Shown one piece after another: positions 1-10,062 of a stretch of 64,000 bases of DNA. The DNA lies in the NCBI GenBank assembly GCA_050246945.1, contig JBFWVC010000009.1, positions 30,644 to 94,643 on the forward strand. The letters are read 5' to 3'. This DNA is from Hyphomicrobiaceae bacterium. Lineage in GTDB: Bacteria; Pseudomonadota; Alphaproteobacteria; Rhizobiales; Hyphomicrobiaceae. The position numbers were made by a program, and so were the translations under genes. Each line of letters begins with the position of its first letter. Position 1 is the stretch's first letter. A model generated the notes under the pieces. It ran no database searches. It had not been told where the DNA came from and worked only from the letters and a program-made list of their open reading frames with translations.

Positions 1-3000
1 CGACCCCGGCACGATAATCTCGACCTCTCGGCCGCGGTCCGGCACCGCCATGACGATGCGTAACTGGCCGCCCTTCCGGCCGTTCCCGGCCTTAGGAATG
101 AGCCGCTCGATGATCTCCGCCTTCCAGTTCCGCTGGCTCGCGATGACAGTGGCATCGAGCACGAGCTTCAGTCCGCGCTGCACGTTCGCCGCCACCTCGT
201 CCAGCGCCTCCAGCGACTGCACGCGCATCTTCAGCGTATCTCCCTCTCGCTCGGCTTCGACGCCGATGACCACAGGCGTACCAGCCTTGAGCAGATGCCC
301 GCAGGCATTAAGGGTATCGGAAAAGATCACCGCCTCGAACTGGCCGCTCATGTCGGAGAACATGGCGAACGCGAACTTGTTGCCTTTCTGCGATTTGCGC
401 TCGCGCGACGAGACGACGATTCCGGCAAGCCTCGCCACGTTCGAGCCGTAGTCGGCAGACGCTTCGAAATCCGCGTAGCGCCTGATGCCCAGCTTGGCAA
501 GAACGCCCTGGTACTGGTCGAGCGGATGGCCCGACAGATAAAAGCCTACCGCCTCGAATTCGGCCGACAATTTCTCCATCGGCGTCCACGCCCGCGCAGG
601 CTTGAGATCCAATGCCGGCGGGCCGCTTGCGCCGCCTCCGAACAGATCGCTGGTGCCCAGGGCCGCGTCGCTCTCGGTACGTTGCGCCATCGCCATGATG
701 GAATCCGCATTGGCCGCCGCCGCCGCCCGGTTCGCTTCCACGCAATCGAACGCACCGGCTTTGCTCATCGTCTCGATGGCGCGCTTGTTGAGCGCCTTTG
801 GCGAAATCCGCGAGGCGAAATCCCCTAGTGATTTGTATGGACCCTTCTCCGCACGAGCGGCAACGATACTCTCGACAGCCGAGGCGCCGATGTTCTTGAG
901 AGCAGCGAGCGAGTAGCGGATCGCGCCCCTGGCCTCTTTGCCGTCATAGGTTGGCCCCGCCGCTGGCGGCGGTTCTGGTAGAAACGCGATCTCGCTCTGG
1001 TTGATGCATGGAGGCTTCACGGTTATGCCGCTCCTTGCCGCTTCGGAGACGAACATGGCAAGCTTGTCGGTATTCGACATGTCGAGCGTCATCGATGCGG
1101 CAAGGAACTCCTCGCGGAAGTTGGCCTTCAAATAAGCCGTGTGATAGCTGACCAGCGCATACGCTGCCGCGTGTGACTTGTTGAAGCCATAGCCCGCGAA
1201 CTTGTTGACCAGTTCGAAGATATAGACGGCGTCTTCCTTTTTTACGCCATTGGCAATCGCACCTTCGACGAAGCGTGCCTGCTGGCGCGCCATCTCATCC
1301 TTGTCCTTTTTGCCCATCGCGCGTCGCAGCATGTCGGCCTGGCCGAGCGTGTAGCCGCCCATCACCCGCGCGATCTGGATCACCTGCTCCTGATAGATGA
1401 TGACGCCGTAGGTTTCCTCCAGAATGCTCTTCAGCATCGGGTGCAGGTAATCGACCGGCTCCTCGCCGTGCTTGCGATTGATGTAGGTCGGGATGTTGTC
1501 CATGGGGCCGGGACGGTAGAGCGCGACCATGGCAATGATGTCCTCGAAGCGGTCCGGTCGCAGCCGCTTGAGGCTTTCACGCATGCCCGTCGATTCCAGC
1601 TGGAAAACGCCGACCGTATCAGCCCGCGCGAGCAGTTCGTAGCTCTTCTTGTCGTCGAGCGCCAACGTAGCAAGATCGATGTCGACGCCGCGCCCCTTGC
1701 TGACGAACTCGACTGCCTTTTGCAGCACCGTGAGCGTCTTGAGCCCAAGGAAGTCGAACTTCACGAGGCCTGCGGCCTCGACCATCTTCCAGTTGAACTG
1801 CGTGACGGGCGTGTTGGACTTGGGATCCTTGTACATCGGCACGAGTTCGTCCAGCGGACGATCTCCGATCACCATGCCGGCGGCGTGTGTCGATGCGTGC
1901 CGGTAAAGGCCCTCGAGCTTCTCAGCGATTTCCAGCAGCCGCGCCACGATCGGCTCGCGATCGCGCTCCTCCTGGAGCTTGGGTTCGCCGGCGATCGCCT
2001 CCGGCAAGGTTACCGGATTGGCCGGATTATTCGGCACAAGCTTGCATAACCGGTCGACCTGGCCATACGGCATCTGCAGAACGCGGCCAACGTCGCGCAG
2101 CACCGCGCGTGCCTGCAGCTTGCCATGCGTAATGATCTGCGCGACCCGGTCATGTCCGTACTTGTCCTGCACGTAGCGGATCACCTCGTCGCGCCGGTCT
2201 TGGCAGAAGTCGACGTCGAAGTCCGGCATCGAGATGCGCTCGGGATTGAGGAAGCGCTCGAACAGCAGTCCGAACCGTAATGGATCGAGATCGGTGATGG
2301 TGAGCGCCCAGGCGACCAGCGAGCCCGCACCCGAGCCACGGCCCGGCCCCACCGGGATGCCGTGCGCCTTCGCCCACTTGATGAAGTCCGCCACGATGAG
2401 GAAGTAGCCCGGGAACTTCATCCGCGTGATGACGTCCACCTCGTAGGCGAGCCGCTTCTCGTAGTCCTCGCGCGTGAAGCCTGGCGCTAGAGGATTGACG
2501 TCGAGCCGCGCGGCGAGGCCTTCCTCGGCCTGCCGCTTCATCTCCGCAGCTTCGAGCCGGAACTGCTCGATCTCGCTGACGCTGTCGTCGCCCGCCACGA
2601 AGCGCGGCAGGATCGGCTTGCGACCCTTCGGCCGGTAGGCACAGCGGATCGCGATCTCCACCGTGTTCGCGAGCGCTTCTGGAATATCGGCGAACAGGCT
2701 CGCCATCTCCTCCATGCTCTTGAAATAATGCTCGCGCGTCACCCTTCGCCGATTGTCCTCGACGACGTAACTGCCCTCAGCGATGCACAAAAGCGCGTCA
2801 TGAGCCTCGTAGTCCTCGGGCCTCGCGAAATAGACCTCGTTGGTGGCAACCAGCGGCAGCTCGTGCGCGTACGCAAGGTCAAGAAGTTGCGGCTCTGTAT
2901 CCCGCTCCGCCGCCGACCCGTGCCGTTGCATCTCAACATAGAGGCGGTCGCCGAACAGCGCCTTCAGCATTTCAAGGCGCGATTTGGCAACCGCGCCGCG

Positions 3001-3543
3001 CCCCTCGCGCAATTCCCCGTCAATTGGCCCTTCAGCACCGCCGGTCAACGCTATGACGCCCGCCGCATGTACTTTAAGAACATCGAACTTGACGTGCGGC
3101 GGCTCCATTTCATTTTTTTTCAGATACGCATGGCTGGCGAGTTTCATGAGCGAGGCATAACCGTCCTCGTTCATGGCGAGCAGGGTAATGAGCCCATCCT
3201 TTTGTGAACCGCTCTGACCGCCAGGATAGGCATGGCCAGCGTATGTGTCCTGACCGGCAAATGCCTTCGGACGGTCGTCGAAATCAACAGCCAGCGAGAT
3301 GCCGGCGATGGGCTGGATGCCGGCGCCCGAAAGCTTCTCAGAGAACTCCAGTATGCCGAACATGTTGTTGGTATCGGTAAGCGCGATGGCCGGATAGCCG
3401 TTGGCGGCAGCGAGCTTGGCGAGCTTGCCTATTGGCAGCGCGCCCTCCAAAAGCGAATAGGCAGAATGCACCTTGAGGGGCACGTAGCGCGGCAAGGCGG
3501 GACAAGACGAGCCATCGGCTGCTGTTCTACTGGAATCGGTCAT
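1..3543 (-). CDS. dnaE: DNA polymerase III alpha subunit; the C-terminal end runs off the window start
   Basis: My own translation from the minus-strand ATG at 3541-3543 gives MTDSSRTAADG..YVPLKVHSAYSLLEGALPIGKLAKLAAANGYPAIALTDTNNMFG (PHP domain). It continues through FDFLGLKTLTVL and stays open to base 1. It is absent from the ORF track because there is no stop in the window. Confidence 0.95.
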   Translation of the reverse strand, partial: MTDSSRTAADGSSCPALPRYVPLKVHSAYSLLEGALPIGKLAKLAAANGYPAIALTDTNNMFGILEFSEKLSGAGIQPIAGISLAVDFDDRPKAFAGQDTYAGHAYPGGQSGSQKDGLITLLAMNEDGYASLMKLASHAYLKKNEMEPPHVKFDVLKVHAAGVIALTGGAEGPIDGELREGRGAVAKSRLEMLKALFGDRLYVEMQRHGSAAERDTEPQLLDLAYAHELPLVATNEVYFARPEDYEAHDALLCIAEGSYVVEDNRRRVTREHYFKSMEEMASLFADIPEALANTVEIAIRCAYRPKGRKPILPRFVAGDDSVSEIEQFRLEAAEMKRQAEEGLAARLDVNPLAPGFTREDYEKRLAYEVDVITRMKFPGYFLIVADFIKWAKAHGIPVGPGRGSGAGSLVAWALTITDLDPLRFGLLFERFLNPERISMPDFDVDFCQDRRDEVIRYVQDKYGHDRVAQIITHGKLQARAVLRDVGRVLQMPYGQVDRLCKLVPNNPANPVTLPEAIAGEPKLQEERDREPIVARLLEIAEKLEGLYRHASTHAAGMVIGDRPLDELVPMYKDPKSNTPVTQFNWKMVEAAGLVKFDFLGLKTLTVLQKAVEFVSKGRGVDIDLATLALDDKKSYELLARADTVGVFQLESTGMRESLKRLRPDRFEDIIAMVALYRPGPMDNIPTYINRKHGEEPVDYLHPMLKSILEETYGVIIYQEQVIQIARVMGGYTLGQADMLRRAMGKKDKDEMARQQARFVEGAIANGVKKEDAVYIFELVNKFAGYGFNKSHAAAYALVSYHTAYLKANFREEFLAASMTLDMSNTDKLAMFVSEAARSGITVKPPCINQSEIAFLPEPPPAAGPTYDGKEARGAIRYSLAALKNIGASAVESIVAARAEKGPYKSLGDFASRISPKALNKRAIETMSKAGAFDCVEANRAAAAANADSIMAMAQRTESDAALGTSDLFGGGASGPPALDLKPARAWTPMEKLSAEFEAVGFYLSGHPLDQYQGVLAKLGIRRYADFEASADYGSNVARLAGIVVSSRERKSQKGNKFAFAMFSDMSGQFEAVIFSDTLNACGHLLKAGTPVVIGVEAEREGDTLKMRVQSLEALDEVAANVQRGLKLVLDATVIASQRNWKAEIIERLIPKAGNGRKGGQLRIVMAVPDRGREVEIIVPGS

Positions 3544-3826
3544 GCTGCCAAGGTTAGGCATGGTCGCAAGTTTCCGCCACCATCGGACGCCACGACACCG
3601 ACGCGGTCGCCGCATTTTCCCCATTTTCCAGATGCGGTCGCGCCGGAACAGGCACTCGTATGCCAGGTCCTGAAAACGCGCGCGCGCGTCCCGATGCATG
3701 TCACGCAAAGGCAGTGGTGCATGTCGCGCAAGAGTGCGCAGCGGTTCAGCGTGAAAAACTTGATCAAAACAATGCACGGTGCCGTGTGCGCATTTCCACG
3801 CGACTTGGGCACGAACTCGGGGCGGT

Positions 3827-4546
3827 TCAACCCTGGTGATAGCCCCGCTGCAACTCATGCAGCAGCCCGTCGGAGAGTTGCAGCACCCGGTCCATGCGAT
3901 GGGCAAGACTCATGTTGTGCGTGGCAATCAGCGCGGCAACGCCGGTACGGCGGATGAGAGAAATGAGCTCGTTGAAGACACGCTCCGAGGTCTTGGGATC
4001 AAGGTTGCCCGTCGGCTCGTCCGCGAGAACCAGACGCGGCGCGTTGGCAAGCGCCCTGCAAATCGCCGTGCGCTGTTGCTCGCCGCCTGACAGCTCCGCC
4101 GGCCGATGTTCTATGCGCTCGGCGAGCCCCAGCGTCCCCAGCAACTCCCGTGCTCGCATCTCGGCTGCGCGGCGCGAACGGCCGAGGATCATTTGTGGAA
4201 TGACCACATTCTCCAGGGCCGAGAACTCGGGCAGCAGTTGGTGGAACTGATAAACGAAGCCAACTTCGCCCCGCCGCACCGCCGTGCGCTGGCGGTCGTC
4301 CATTTTGGCGCAGTCACGCCCATTGACGATAACATGCCCGCTGTCCGGCTGCTCCAGCAGCCCCGCGATGTGCAGGAGCGTCGACTTGCCCGCACCTGAA
4401 GGCCCGACGAGTGCAACCGCCTCACCGGGCATGAGCCGTGCCGAAGCCCCGTTCAGAACGTGGATCTCGCGCGGTCCCTGGCGGAACGTACGCCGCAGAT
4501 TGATCAGTTCCAGCACGGGATGCGAGGCAGAATAGGCGGTATCCAC
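3827..4546 (-). CDS. lolD: Lipoprotein-releasing ABC transporter ATP-binding protein
   Basis: 239-aa ORF with Walker [10 protein letters not shown], signature LSGGEQQR and Walker [13 protein letters not shown]. It lies directly downstream of a LolC/E-type permease. Confidence 0.9.
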   Translation of the reverse strand: MDTAYSASHPVLELINLRRTFRQGPREIHVLNGASARLMPGEAVALVGPSGAGKSTLLHIAGLLEQPDSGHVIVNGRDCAKMDDRQRTAVRRGEVGFVYQFHQLLPEFSALENVVIPQMILGRSRRAAEMRARELLGTLGLAERIEHRPAELSGGEQQRTAICRALANAPRLVLADEPTGNLDPKTSERVFNELISLIRRTGVAALIATHNMSLAHRMDRVLQLSDGLLHELQRGYHQG

Positions 4547-4554
4547 GTCTCACC

Positions 4555-5883
4555 TCACTCGTATCGCAAGGCTTCTACGGGATCGAGCTTGGAGGCCCGC
4601 CACGACGGATAGATCGTCGCCAGCACCGAAAGCACCATCGCCATGACAACGATCGCCGCCGTCTCGTGCGGATTTATGTCCGCCGGCAGCTTGTTGAGAT
4701 AGTACACCGTCGGATCGAAGATCTGAGTGCTGGTGAGCCACGCCACGAACTCGCGGATCCTTTCGATGTTCCAGCAGAACACAATGCCGAGGACCGTTCC
4801 CGCGATCGTGCCGACGATGCCGATCGACGCCCCCGTGATGAGGAAGACGCGCATGATGGCCCCCTTCGTGGCGCCCATCGTGCGCAGGATGGCGATGTCA
4901 CGCCCCTTGTCCTTCACCAGCATCATCAGGCCCGAGATGATGTTCAACGCTGCAACCAGGACGATCAGCGAGAGGATGATGAACATCACGTTGCGTTCGA
5001 CCTCGAGCACGGTGAAGAACGTTTCGTTGCGATGCCGCCAATCGTTGACCTGTATCGTGGGACCGCCGGCACGACGTATCTCTTCTGAGAATTGGCTAAC
5101 CGCCTCTGGATCGTCGACGATCACTTCAAGCACGTCGACCTCGTCGCCTTTGGAGAAATATCGCTGCGCCTCCGCGAGCGGCATGAACACCATCATGCGG
5201 TCGTATTCCGACATGCCGAGTTCGAACACAGCCGAGACGACATAGGGCTTTGATCGTGGAGCCGTGCCGAAAGGTGTTGTCGCCCCGCGTGGCGAGACGA
5301 GCGTGATCGTATCGCCAGCCGTCACCCTCAACTGGTTGGCGAGCCGCTGGCCGATTGCAATAGATCGCTGATCGTCGAAGCCTTGTAGGCTCCCCGCGCG
5401 CACATTGTCCCACACCAATGGCAAACTCCGGAGCGAGGCCTCATCGATGCCACGTACGAGACCTCCCGTTGCCTGTACCGCCGACGACACCATGACCTGA
5501 CCTTCGATCAGCGGGATGACGGCCTGTACACCCGGCACGCGCGCAACTTTTTTGCGCACATCGCTGTAGTCATTGAAGGGTTCCCCGACCTTCATGACGA
5601 TGACGTGCCCGTTGAGACCGAGGATCTTGGCGAAGAGATCCTTGCGGAATCCGTTCATCACCGCCATCACGATGATCAGCGTCGCCACACCCAGCATGAT
5701 CCCGACGAACGAGAAGCCGGCAATGACGGAGATGAACCCTTCCTTGCGCCGCGCCCTCAGGTAGCGACCCGCGAGCATCCACTCGAACGCCGAAAAGGCC
5801 CGCGTCGCCGCCGCGGCGTTGGCCGGTGACGTCCCAAGCGCATCGGCCCCGTGCGCACCCCGTGATCCATCGGATAAAGTCAT
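4555..5883 (-). CDS. lolC: Lipoprotein-releasing system permease (LolC/LolE family)
   Basis: The ORF is 4555..5952. I prefer the ATG at 5883 (MTLSDG..). It has the MacB/FtsX-type layout: an N-terminal TM, a large periplasmic domain, and C-terminal FtsX TMs ending KLDPVEALRYE. Confidence 0.88.
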   Translation of the reverse strand: MTLSDGSRGAHGADALGTSPANAAAATRAFSAFEWMLAGRYLRARRKEGFISVIAGFSFVGIMLGVATLIIVMAVMNGFRKDLFAKILGLNGHVIVMKVGEPFNDYSDVRKKVARVPGVQAVIPLIEGQVMVSSAVQATGGLVRGIDEASLRSLPLVWDNVRAGSLQGFDDQRSIAIGQRLANQLRVTAGDTITLVSPRGATTPFGTAPRSKPYVVSAVFELGMSEYDRMMVFMPLAEAQRYFSKGDEVDVLEVIVDDPEAVSQFSEEIRRAGGPTIQVNDWRHRNETFFTVLEVERNVMFIILSLIVLVAALNIISGLMMLVKDKGRDIAILRTMGATKGAIMRVFLITGASIGIVGTIAGTVLGIVFCWNIERIREFVAWLTSTQIFDPTVYYLNKLPADINPHETAAIVVMAMVLSVLATIYPSWRASKLDPVEALRYE

Positions 5884-5982
5884 GCTGACACTCTCCGTCG
5901 GGCGCCAGATCGCCCAGTCACGCTCCTTCGCAAGCCCCCGCGGCACGATCAAGGCAGGCCGCCGAGGAGCCCCGGTGTTGCC

Positions 5983-7515
5983 TCAGTACGCACGTGCGAC
6001 GAGGACGAACTCCTTTGCCTGTTGCCCCGTGAAGATGCAGCTGCGATCGACGGCTTCTTGCGCCAGAGGAGCGTTTCGAATGGTCAGCTTGAGGGCCTTT
6101 AGCCGATCCGCCACCGCCTCCAGCTCCGCGCCTTCGGGACGCGACCAGGCAACTTTCACCCATCCCCGGAAGGCGCCAGCCTCGTCGTCGCCCGAAGCCA
6201 TGCCGAAGTAGTCAGCAAGCTCGTCGAATGTGTTGATCCCGTAGACGATGTTATCGTCGAGCCGCTTCTTGGCATCGGCGAACAGCGATGCCTGGATTTC
6301 TGTAAGTAGCCGCCCGGCCTCTTCAGCGAACTGCGCACGAGGCATTGTCTGCGAAACCACCTTGTCGCCGTCACGCAGGCGATCACGCCGCATGAACGTG
6401 ACATTGCCGCCTGCAACGTCGCGGCCGCCCACCTCCACGATGACGGGAGCACCACGCCGCACCCAGCTCCAGCGCTTCTCCGCCGATTTGACCGGTTTGG
6501 AGTCGACGATGGCACGAAAGCCGGCTCCTTTCAGCTCCTTCTCCAGCGACGCGCAATAGTCCAGCAGCTCGGCGTCCTCCGGCTTGTCGCGCAGCATCGG
6601 CACGATGACGATCTGGCGCGGCGCAATCTTCGGCGGCAGTCGCAATCCGTCGTCGTCTCCGTGCGTCATGATCACGCCACCTATCAATCGCGTCGAGACA
6701 CCCCAACTCGTCGTATGACAGTACTCGAGTTGTCCTTGCGCACTCTGGAACTGAATGTTCTGAGCCTGTGCGAAGTGTGTTCCCAGATAATGCGACGTAC
6801 CGGCCTGCAGCGCCTTGCCATCCTGCATCATGGCTTCGATCGAGTAGGTATTGTCCGCACCGGGGAAGCGCTCGTTGGCGGGTTTCTCGCCGGCAATTAC
6901 CGGCATCGCCAGGACGTCCTCGGCAAACTCGCGGTAGACCTCGAGCATCTTCAACGTCTCGGCCATCGCATCGTCTCCGGTCGCATGCGCCGTATGCCCC
7001 TCCTGCCAGAGGAACTCGGCCGTACGCAGGAACAGTCGAGTACGCATTTCCCAGCGCACGACGTTGGCCCACTGGTTCACCAGAAGCGGCAGGTCGCGAT
7101 AGCTCTTGATCCACCGCTGGAAGGCGTCGCCGATAATTGTCTCCGAAGTCGGACGCACGATCAGCGGTTCCTCGAGCTTTGCCTCCGGATCGACCACGAG
7201 CTTGCCGCCCTCGTTCTTCAAGCGGTGATGCGTGACGACCGCCATCTCCTTGGCGAAGCCCTCCACGTGTTCGGCCTCCTTGGCGATGAAGCTCATCGGA
7301 ATGAACAGCGGGAAATAGCAGTTCTCGTGGCCGGTATCCTTGATCCGCTGATCGAGCTCGGCCTGTATGCGCTCCCAGACACCCCAGCCCCAGGGCTTGA
7401 TGATCATGCAGCCCCGGACTGGGCTCGTCTCGGCCATATCCCCATCGCGCACGACGGCCTGATACCAGTCCGGGAAGTTTTCTTCGCGGGTGACGCTGAG
7501 CGCGCGTTTGCTCAT
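5983..7515 (-). CDS. proS: Prolyl-tRNA synthetase, archaeal/eukaryote-like architecture with a C-terminal domain ending in Tyr
   Basis: 510 aa. It carries class II motifs (FLRTAEFLWQEGHTAH, GTSHYLG, TTSWGVSTRLIGGVIMTHGDDDGL) and ends ..VLVARAY. By memory it is collinear with the Thermus thermophilus-type ProRS. Confidence 0.93.
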   Translation of the reverse strand: MSKRALSVTREENFPDWYQAVVRDGDMAETSPVRGCMIIKPWGWGVWERIQAELDQRIKDTGHENCYFPLFIPMSFIAKEAEHVEGFAKEMAVVTHHRLKNEGGKLVVDPEAKLEEPLIVRPTSETIIGDAFQRWIKSYRDLPLLVNQWANVVRWEMRTRLFLRTAEFLWQEGHTAHATGDDAMAETLKMLEVYREFAEDVLAMPVIAGEKPANERFPGADNTYSIEAMMQDGKALQAGTSHYLGTHFAQAQNIQFQSAQGQLEYCHTTSWGVSTRLIGGVIMTHGDDDGLRLPPKIAPRQIVIVPMLRDKPEDAELLDYCASLEKELKGAGFRAIVDSKPVKSAEKRWSWVRRGAPVIVEVGGRDVAGGNVTFMRRDRLRDGDKVVSQTMPRAQFAEEAGRLLTEIQASLFADAKKRLDDNIVYGINTFDELADYFGMASGDDEAGAFRGWVKVAWSRPEGAELEAVADRLKALKLTIRNAPLAQEAVDRSCIFTGQQAKEFVLVARAY

Positions 7516-7679
7516 CGGCCGGCCTCGTCTTTCGGCTCGCGGAAAACGTTCTCGAAGATACTGGGCATCTCTTTGAGGACAGACGGGAAATGATCGTTCA
7601 GGCGCATCAGCTCACTCGGATCTCGACGGACACGGGCCAGATCGCCGCTACGGGCGAGATTCTCTGGGCTGTCTGCCAT
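7512..7679 (-). CDS. Candidate 55-aa upstream ORF translationally coupled to proS (hypothetical)
   Basis: My own translation: MADSPENLARSGDLARVRRDPSELMRLNDHFPSVLKEMPSIFENVFREPKDEAGR*. Its TGA overlaps the proS ATG (ATGA). No clear Shine-Dalgarno. It is below the ORF-track size cutoff. Confidence 0.25.
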   Translation of the reverse strand: MADSPENLARSGDLARVRRDPSELMRLNDHFPSVLKEMPSIFENVFREPKDEAGR

Positions 7680-7771
7680 GCGGCAGGAAAAAGCCCGCGT
7701 GCGCTCTTATCGAAGAACGCCCCCGCCGGCAATGGCAGCTCGGACAACGGCCGGGGATCGCTGGCGCAACT

Positions 7772-8641
7772 TCACGTACAATTGGGCCAAAGGCAGAACG
7801 AAATGCGCACACCCCTTGTATCGCCCGCAATACTCAGTACGCGCAGCGAGCGCCAATCACCGACGGGCCCAGACTGAACACCGGTCGTGCCAAGCGCCGA
7901 CGAGGCAAGGGAGGCAATCCCGTTGACATTGACCCGCACGCCGATGTCGTTGATCGCCGCCCTGACTTGCCAGGTGACATCCGGCCCGATCACCGCTCTG
8001 GCCGCAGCGCAGATGACCGGAGCCAATCCCCAGCCACCCAGGCACGTGAGATCGAAGTGGCCTGAGACGAGCAATTGTTGGATCTCGAGCGAGCGACCAT
8101 AAGCAACGGCAGTGTCGGTCTCGGCCAAACGTTGTTCGCCCATAGCCACGCCGATCCGCGCACTGATGTGTGGCGACCGCCACACCAGAAGGGGCAGCAT
8201 CCCCGCGCCGAAGCACGCTCCCGATACGCACTCCACAACGAAACGGACGTCGTCGCGGCTATCTAACGTAAGCTGCAGGCCTTCGGATGTCGCCATCGCG
8301 TCGATAGTTAGAGAAATTGGCCGCGTTGGACGCAGAACATACATGCCACCCAGCGACGATAGAGCGGGCGCGTCCAACTCGAACAGGTGCAGGTTAGCGT
8401 GATGATCTCCATCCGTTCCCACCCCAATGAAAATCTTGCCGGCCCGGTCGCAGTCCGGACGCGGTTCTGCACCTCTGGCGCATGAAACAATGAAATTGCG
8501 CGCATGCATTTGTGAACGCACCAGCAGCGCAATTTCAGCGAAACTGAGCCGCACCTCACCCGACTGCACCACGCCTGCGCTTAACCATGTTGAGTAACTC
8601 ATTGAAACGACGCAACATAGAAGAACGCTTAGGGGCTCCAT
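7772..8641 (-). CDS. Hypothetical protein (orphan, no recognisable family); start uncertain
   Basis: It is the only long ORF in 7.7-8.9 kb (maximal ORF 7772..8848, which begins with TTG). In-frame ATGs lie at 8713, 8671, 8641 and 8602. Third codon positions are visibly richer in A/T than in neighbouring genes. Confidence 0.5.
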   Translation of the reverse strand: MEPLSVLLCCVVSMSYSTWLSAGVVQSGEVRLSFAEIALLVRSQMHARNFIVSCARGAEPRPDCDRAGKIFIGVGTDGDHHANLHLFELDAPALSSLGGMYVLRPTRPISLTIDAMATSEGLQLTLDSRDDVRFVVECVSGACFGAGMLPLLVWRSPHISARIGVAMGEQRLAETDTAVAYGRSLEIQQLLVSGHFDLTCLGGWGLAPVICAAARAVIGPDVTWQVRAAINDIGVRVNVNGIASLASSALGTTGVQSGPVGDWRSLRVLSIAGDTRGVRISFCLWPNCT

Positions 8642-8992
8642 ACCGGATCCAGAACCCCCACGGCCGTACATACTCCGCCACCCCCAATTCCGCCTCTCGT
8701 GCCTCAGCTCCATGATCCCGACCTTAGGGCCCCCGCCCTGCCCGGGGACAAGCGGCGGCCGTCGGTAATCAAAACGGATAATCGAGCCAAAAAACCGCGT
8801 CACCGGACGTGACAGTGTGGCACAGCTTGAGTATGGTGCGCGCGTCAACGGTAGGAAAAGGTCGAAACCATGTTCGGTATGGCAATCGGCCCAAGTCTAG
8901 GGAGCGAGCGAGCTCACCAATAGGGGTTCGCCAGCGATAGCGGACAGCGTCCACCTCGCGGCTGCAGTCCGGGAAAATATCGAGATCAGGTG

Positions 8993-9030
8993 AAAAACGG
9001 AGCAAGGCCTGATGGTCCTGCTCCGTTTTT
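8993..9030 (-). terminator. Rho-independent terminator (bidirectional hairpin) downstream of the DUF1467 gene
   Basis: 12-bp perfect stem AAAAACGGAGCA / TGCTCCGTTTTT with a 14-nt loop. There is a T-run on both strands. Confidence 0.6.
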
Positions 9031-9161
9031 GCTCCGCACGCAAATCTTATCCGCCAGTCTCAGGTTGTGTTGATGTCGCATGGACGCATGAACACGATCC
9101 AAGTCATTGAATTGAGCATGTTCTTCCCGCCGAACCGCTGCACAACTCAGCTGAACATGCT

Positions 9162-9443
9162 CTAGGGCCGGGGCAAGTCGCGCACGGGCACTTGGAAGGG
9201 GAACGTTTCAGGATCCAGCCAACCCTGGGTCACACCCAGCCAGAAGACAGCAAAAACGAAAGAGGCAACGACCGTATTGATCGCGAAGATCCGCAACAGG
9301 CGCGGCCTTGCAGGAGCGCTTTCCGGAGTGCCCGGCACCACCTCTCCCGCCTCATCCTGCGTGCGAAGCCCGAATGGGAGCACGGCGAAAAGCGTCAGCC
9401 ACCAGATGATGAAATAAATCGCGATCCCGAAAGTTAAGCTCAT
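9162..9443 (-). CDS. DUF1467-family small membrane protein
   Basis: 93 aa, MSLTFGIAIYFIIWWLTLFAVLPFG.., with two TMs. It sits in the conserved position next to mce/rnj/birA/nuo seen in Rhizobiales-type genomes. Confidence 0.8.
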   Translation of the reverse strand: MSLTFGIAIYFIIWWLTLFAVLPFGLRTQDEAGEVVPGTPESAPARPRLLRIFAINTVVASFVFAVFWLGVTQGWLDPETFPFQVPVRDLPRP

Positions 9444-9513
9444 CGTGCCTCCTGAGTGCGCGCACCCGGGGGAACTGATCCCGCCGCGTACACTTCGATC
9501 ATGATGAGGCCAC

Positions 9514-9918
9514 TCACGCCTGCTCCAGCTCCGTCAACGTCCCGAGAAAATCCTTCGGATGCAGGAATAGAACCGGTTTGCCGTGCGCGCCGGTCTTCGG
9601 CTCGCCGTCGCCCAGAACACGCGCGCCCGCAGCCTTCAGCTGGTCGCGCGCGGCTATGATATCGTCGACCTCATAGCAAACGTGATGGATCCCGCCATTC
9701 GGGTTCTTCTCGAGAAACTTGGCGATCGGCGAATTATCGCCTAGCGGCTGTAGGAATTCGATCTTCGTGTTCGGCAGCGTGACGAACACGACGGTCACAC
9801 CATGATCGGGTTCCGCCTGCGGCTCGGAAACATGCGCGCCCAACGTGCCGCGGTATGTGGCAACTGCCTTGTCGAGATCCTTCACCGCGATGGCGACGTG
9901 ATTGAGACGTCCGATCAT
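9514..9918 (-). CDS. mce: Methylmalonyl-CoA epimerase (VOC/glyoxalase fold)
   Basis: The ORF is 9514..9969. I prefer the ATG at 9918 (MIGRLNHVAIAVKDLD..GGIHHVCYEVDDI..). Confidence 0.85.
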   Translation of the reverse strand: MIGRLNHVAIAVKDLDKAVATYRGTLGAHVSEPQAEPDHGVTVVFVTLPNTKIEFLQPLGDNSPIAKFLEKNPNGGIHHVCYEVDDIIAARDQLKAAGARVLGDGEPKTGAHGKPVLFLHPKDFLGTLTELEQA

Positions 9919-10062
9919 CTCCTGCTCCTTGAAATATGGCTCACGATAGCGGGGCACGCGAGGCGGCACCGGTAGTCCGCACCATGCACTTCCGCATTTC
10001 TTTCTTCTGCTCCATGACCGATCTCTTGCACACGGACAGCGCCCGCGCCAGCCCGCCGGATG

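Noticed and set aside
3813-3828. GAAC-N8-GTTC near the dnaE upstream region, considered as a LexA/SOS box
   Set aside because: As I recall it, the alphaproteobacterial SOS box is a direct repeat GTTC-N7-GTTC. This is an inverted arrangement with the wrong spacing, and it overlaps the lolD stop.
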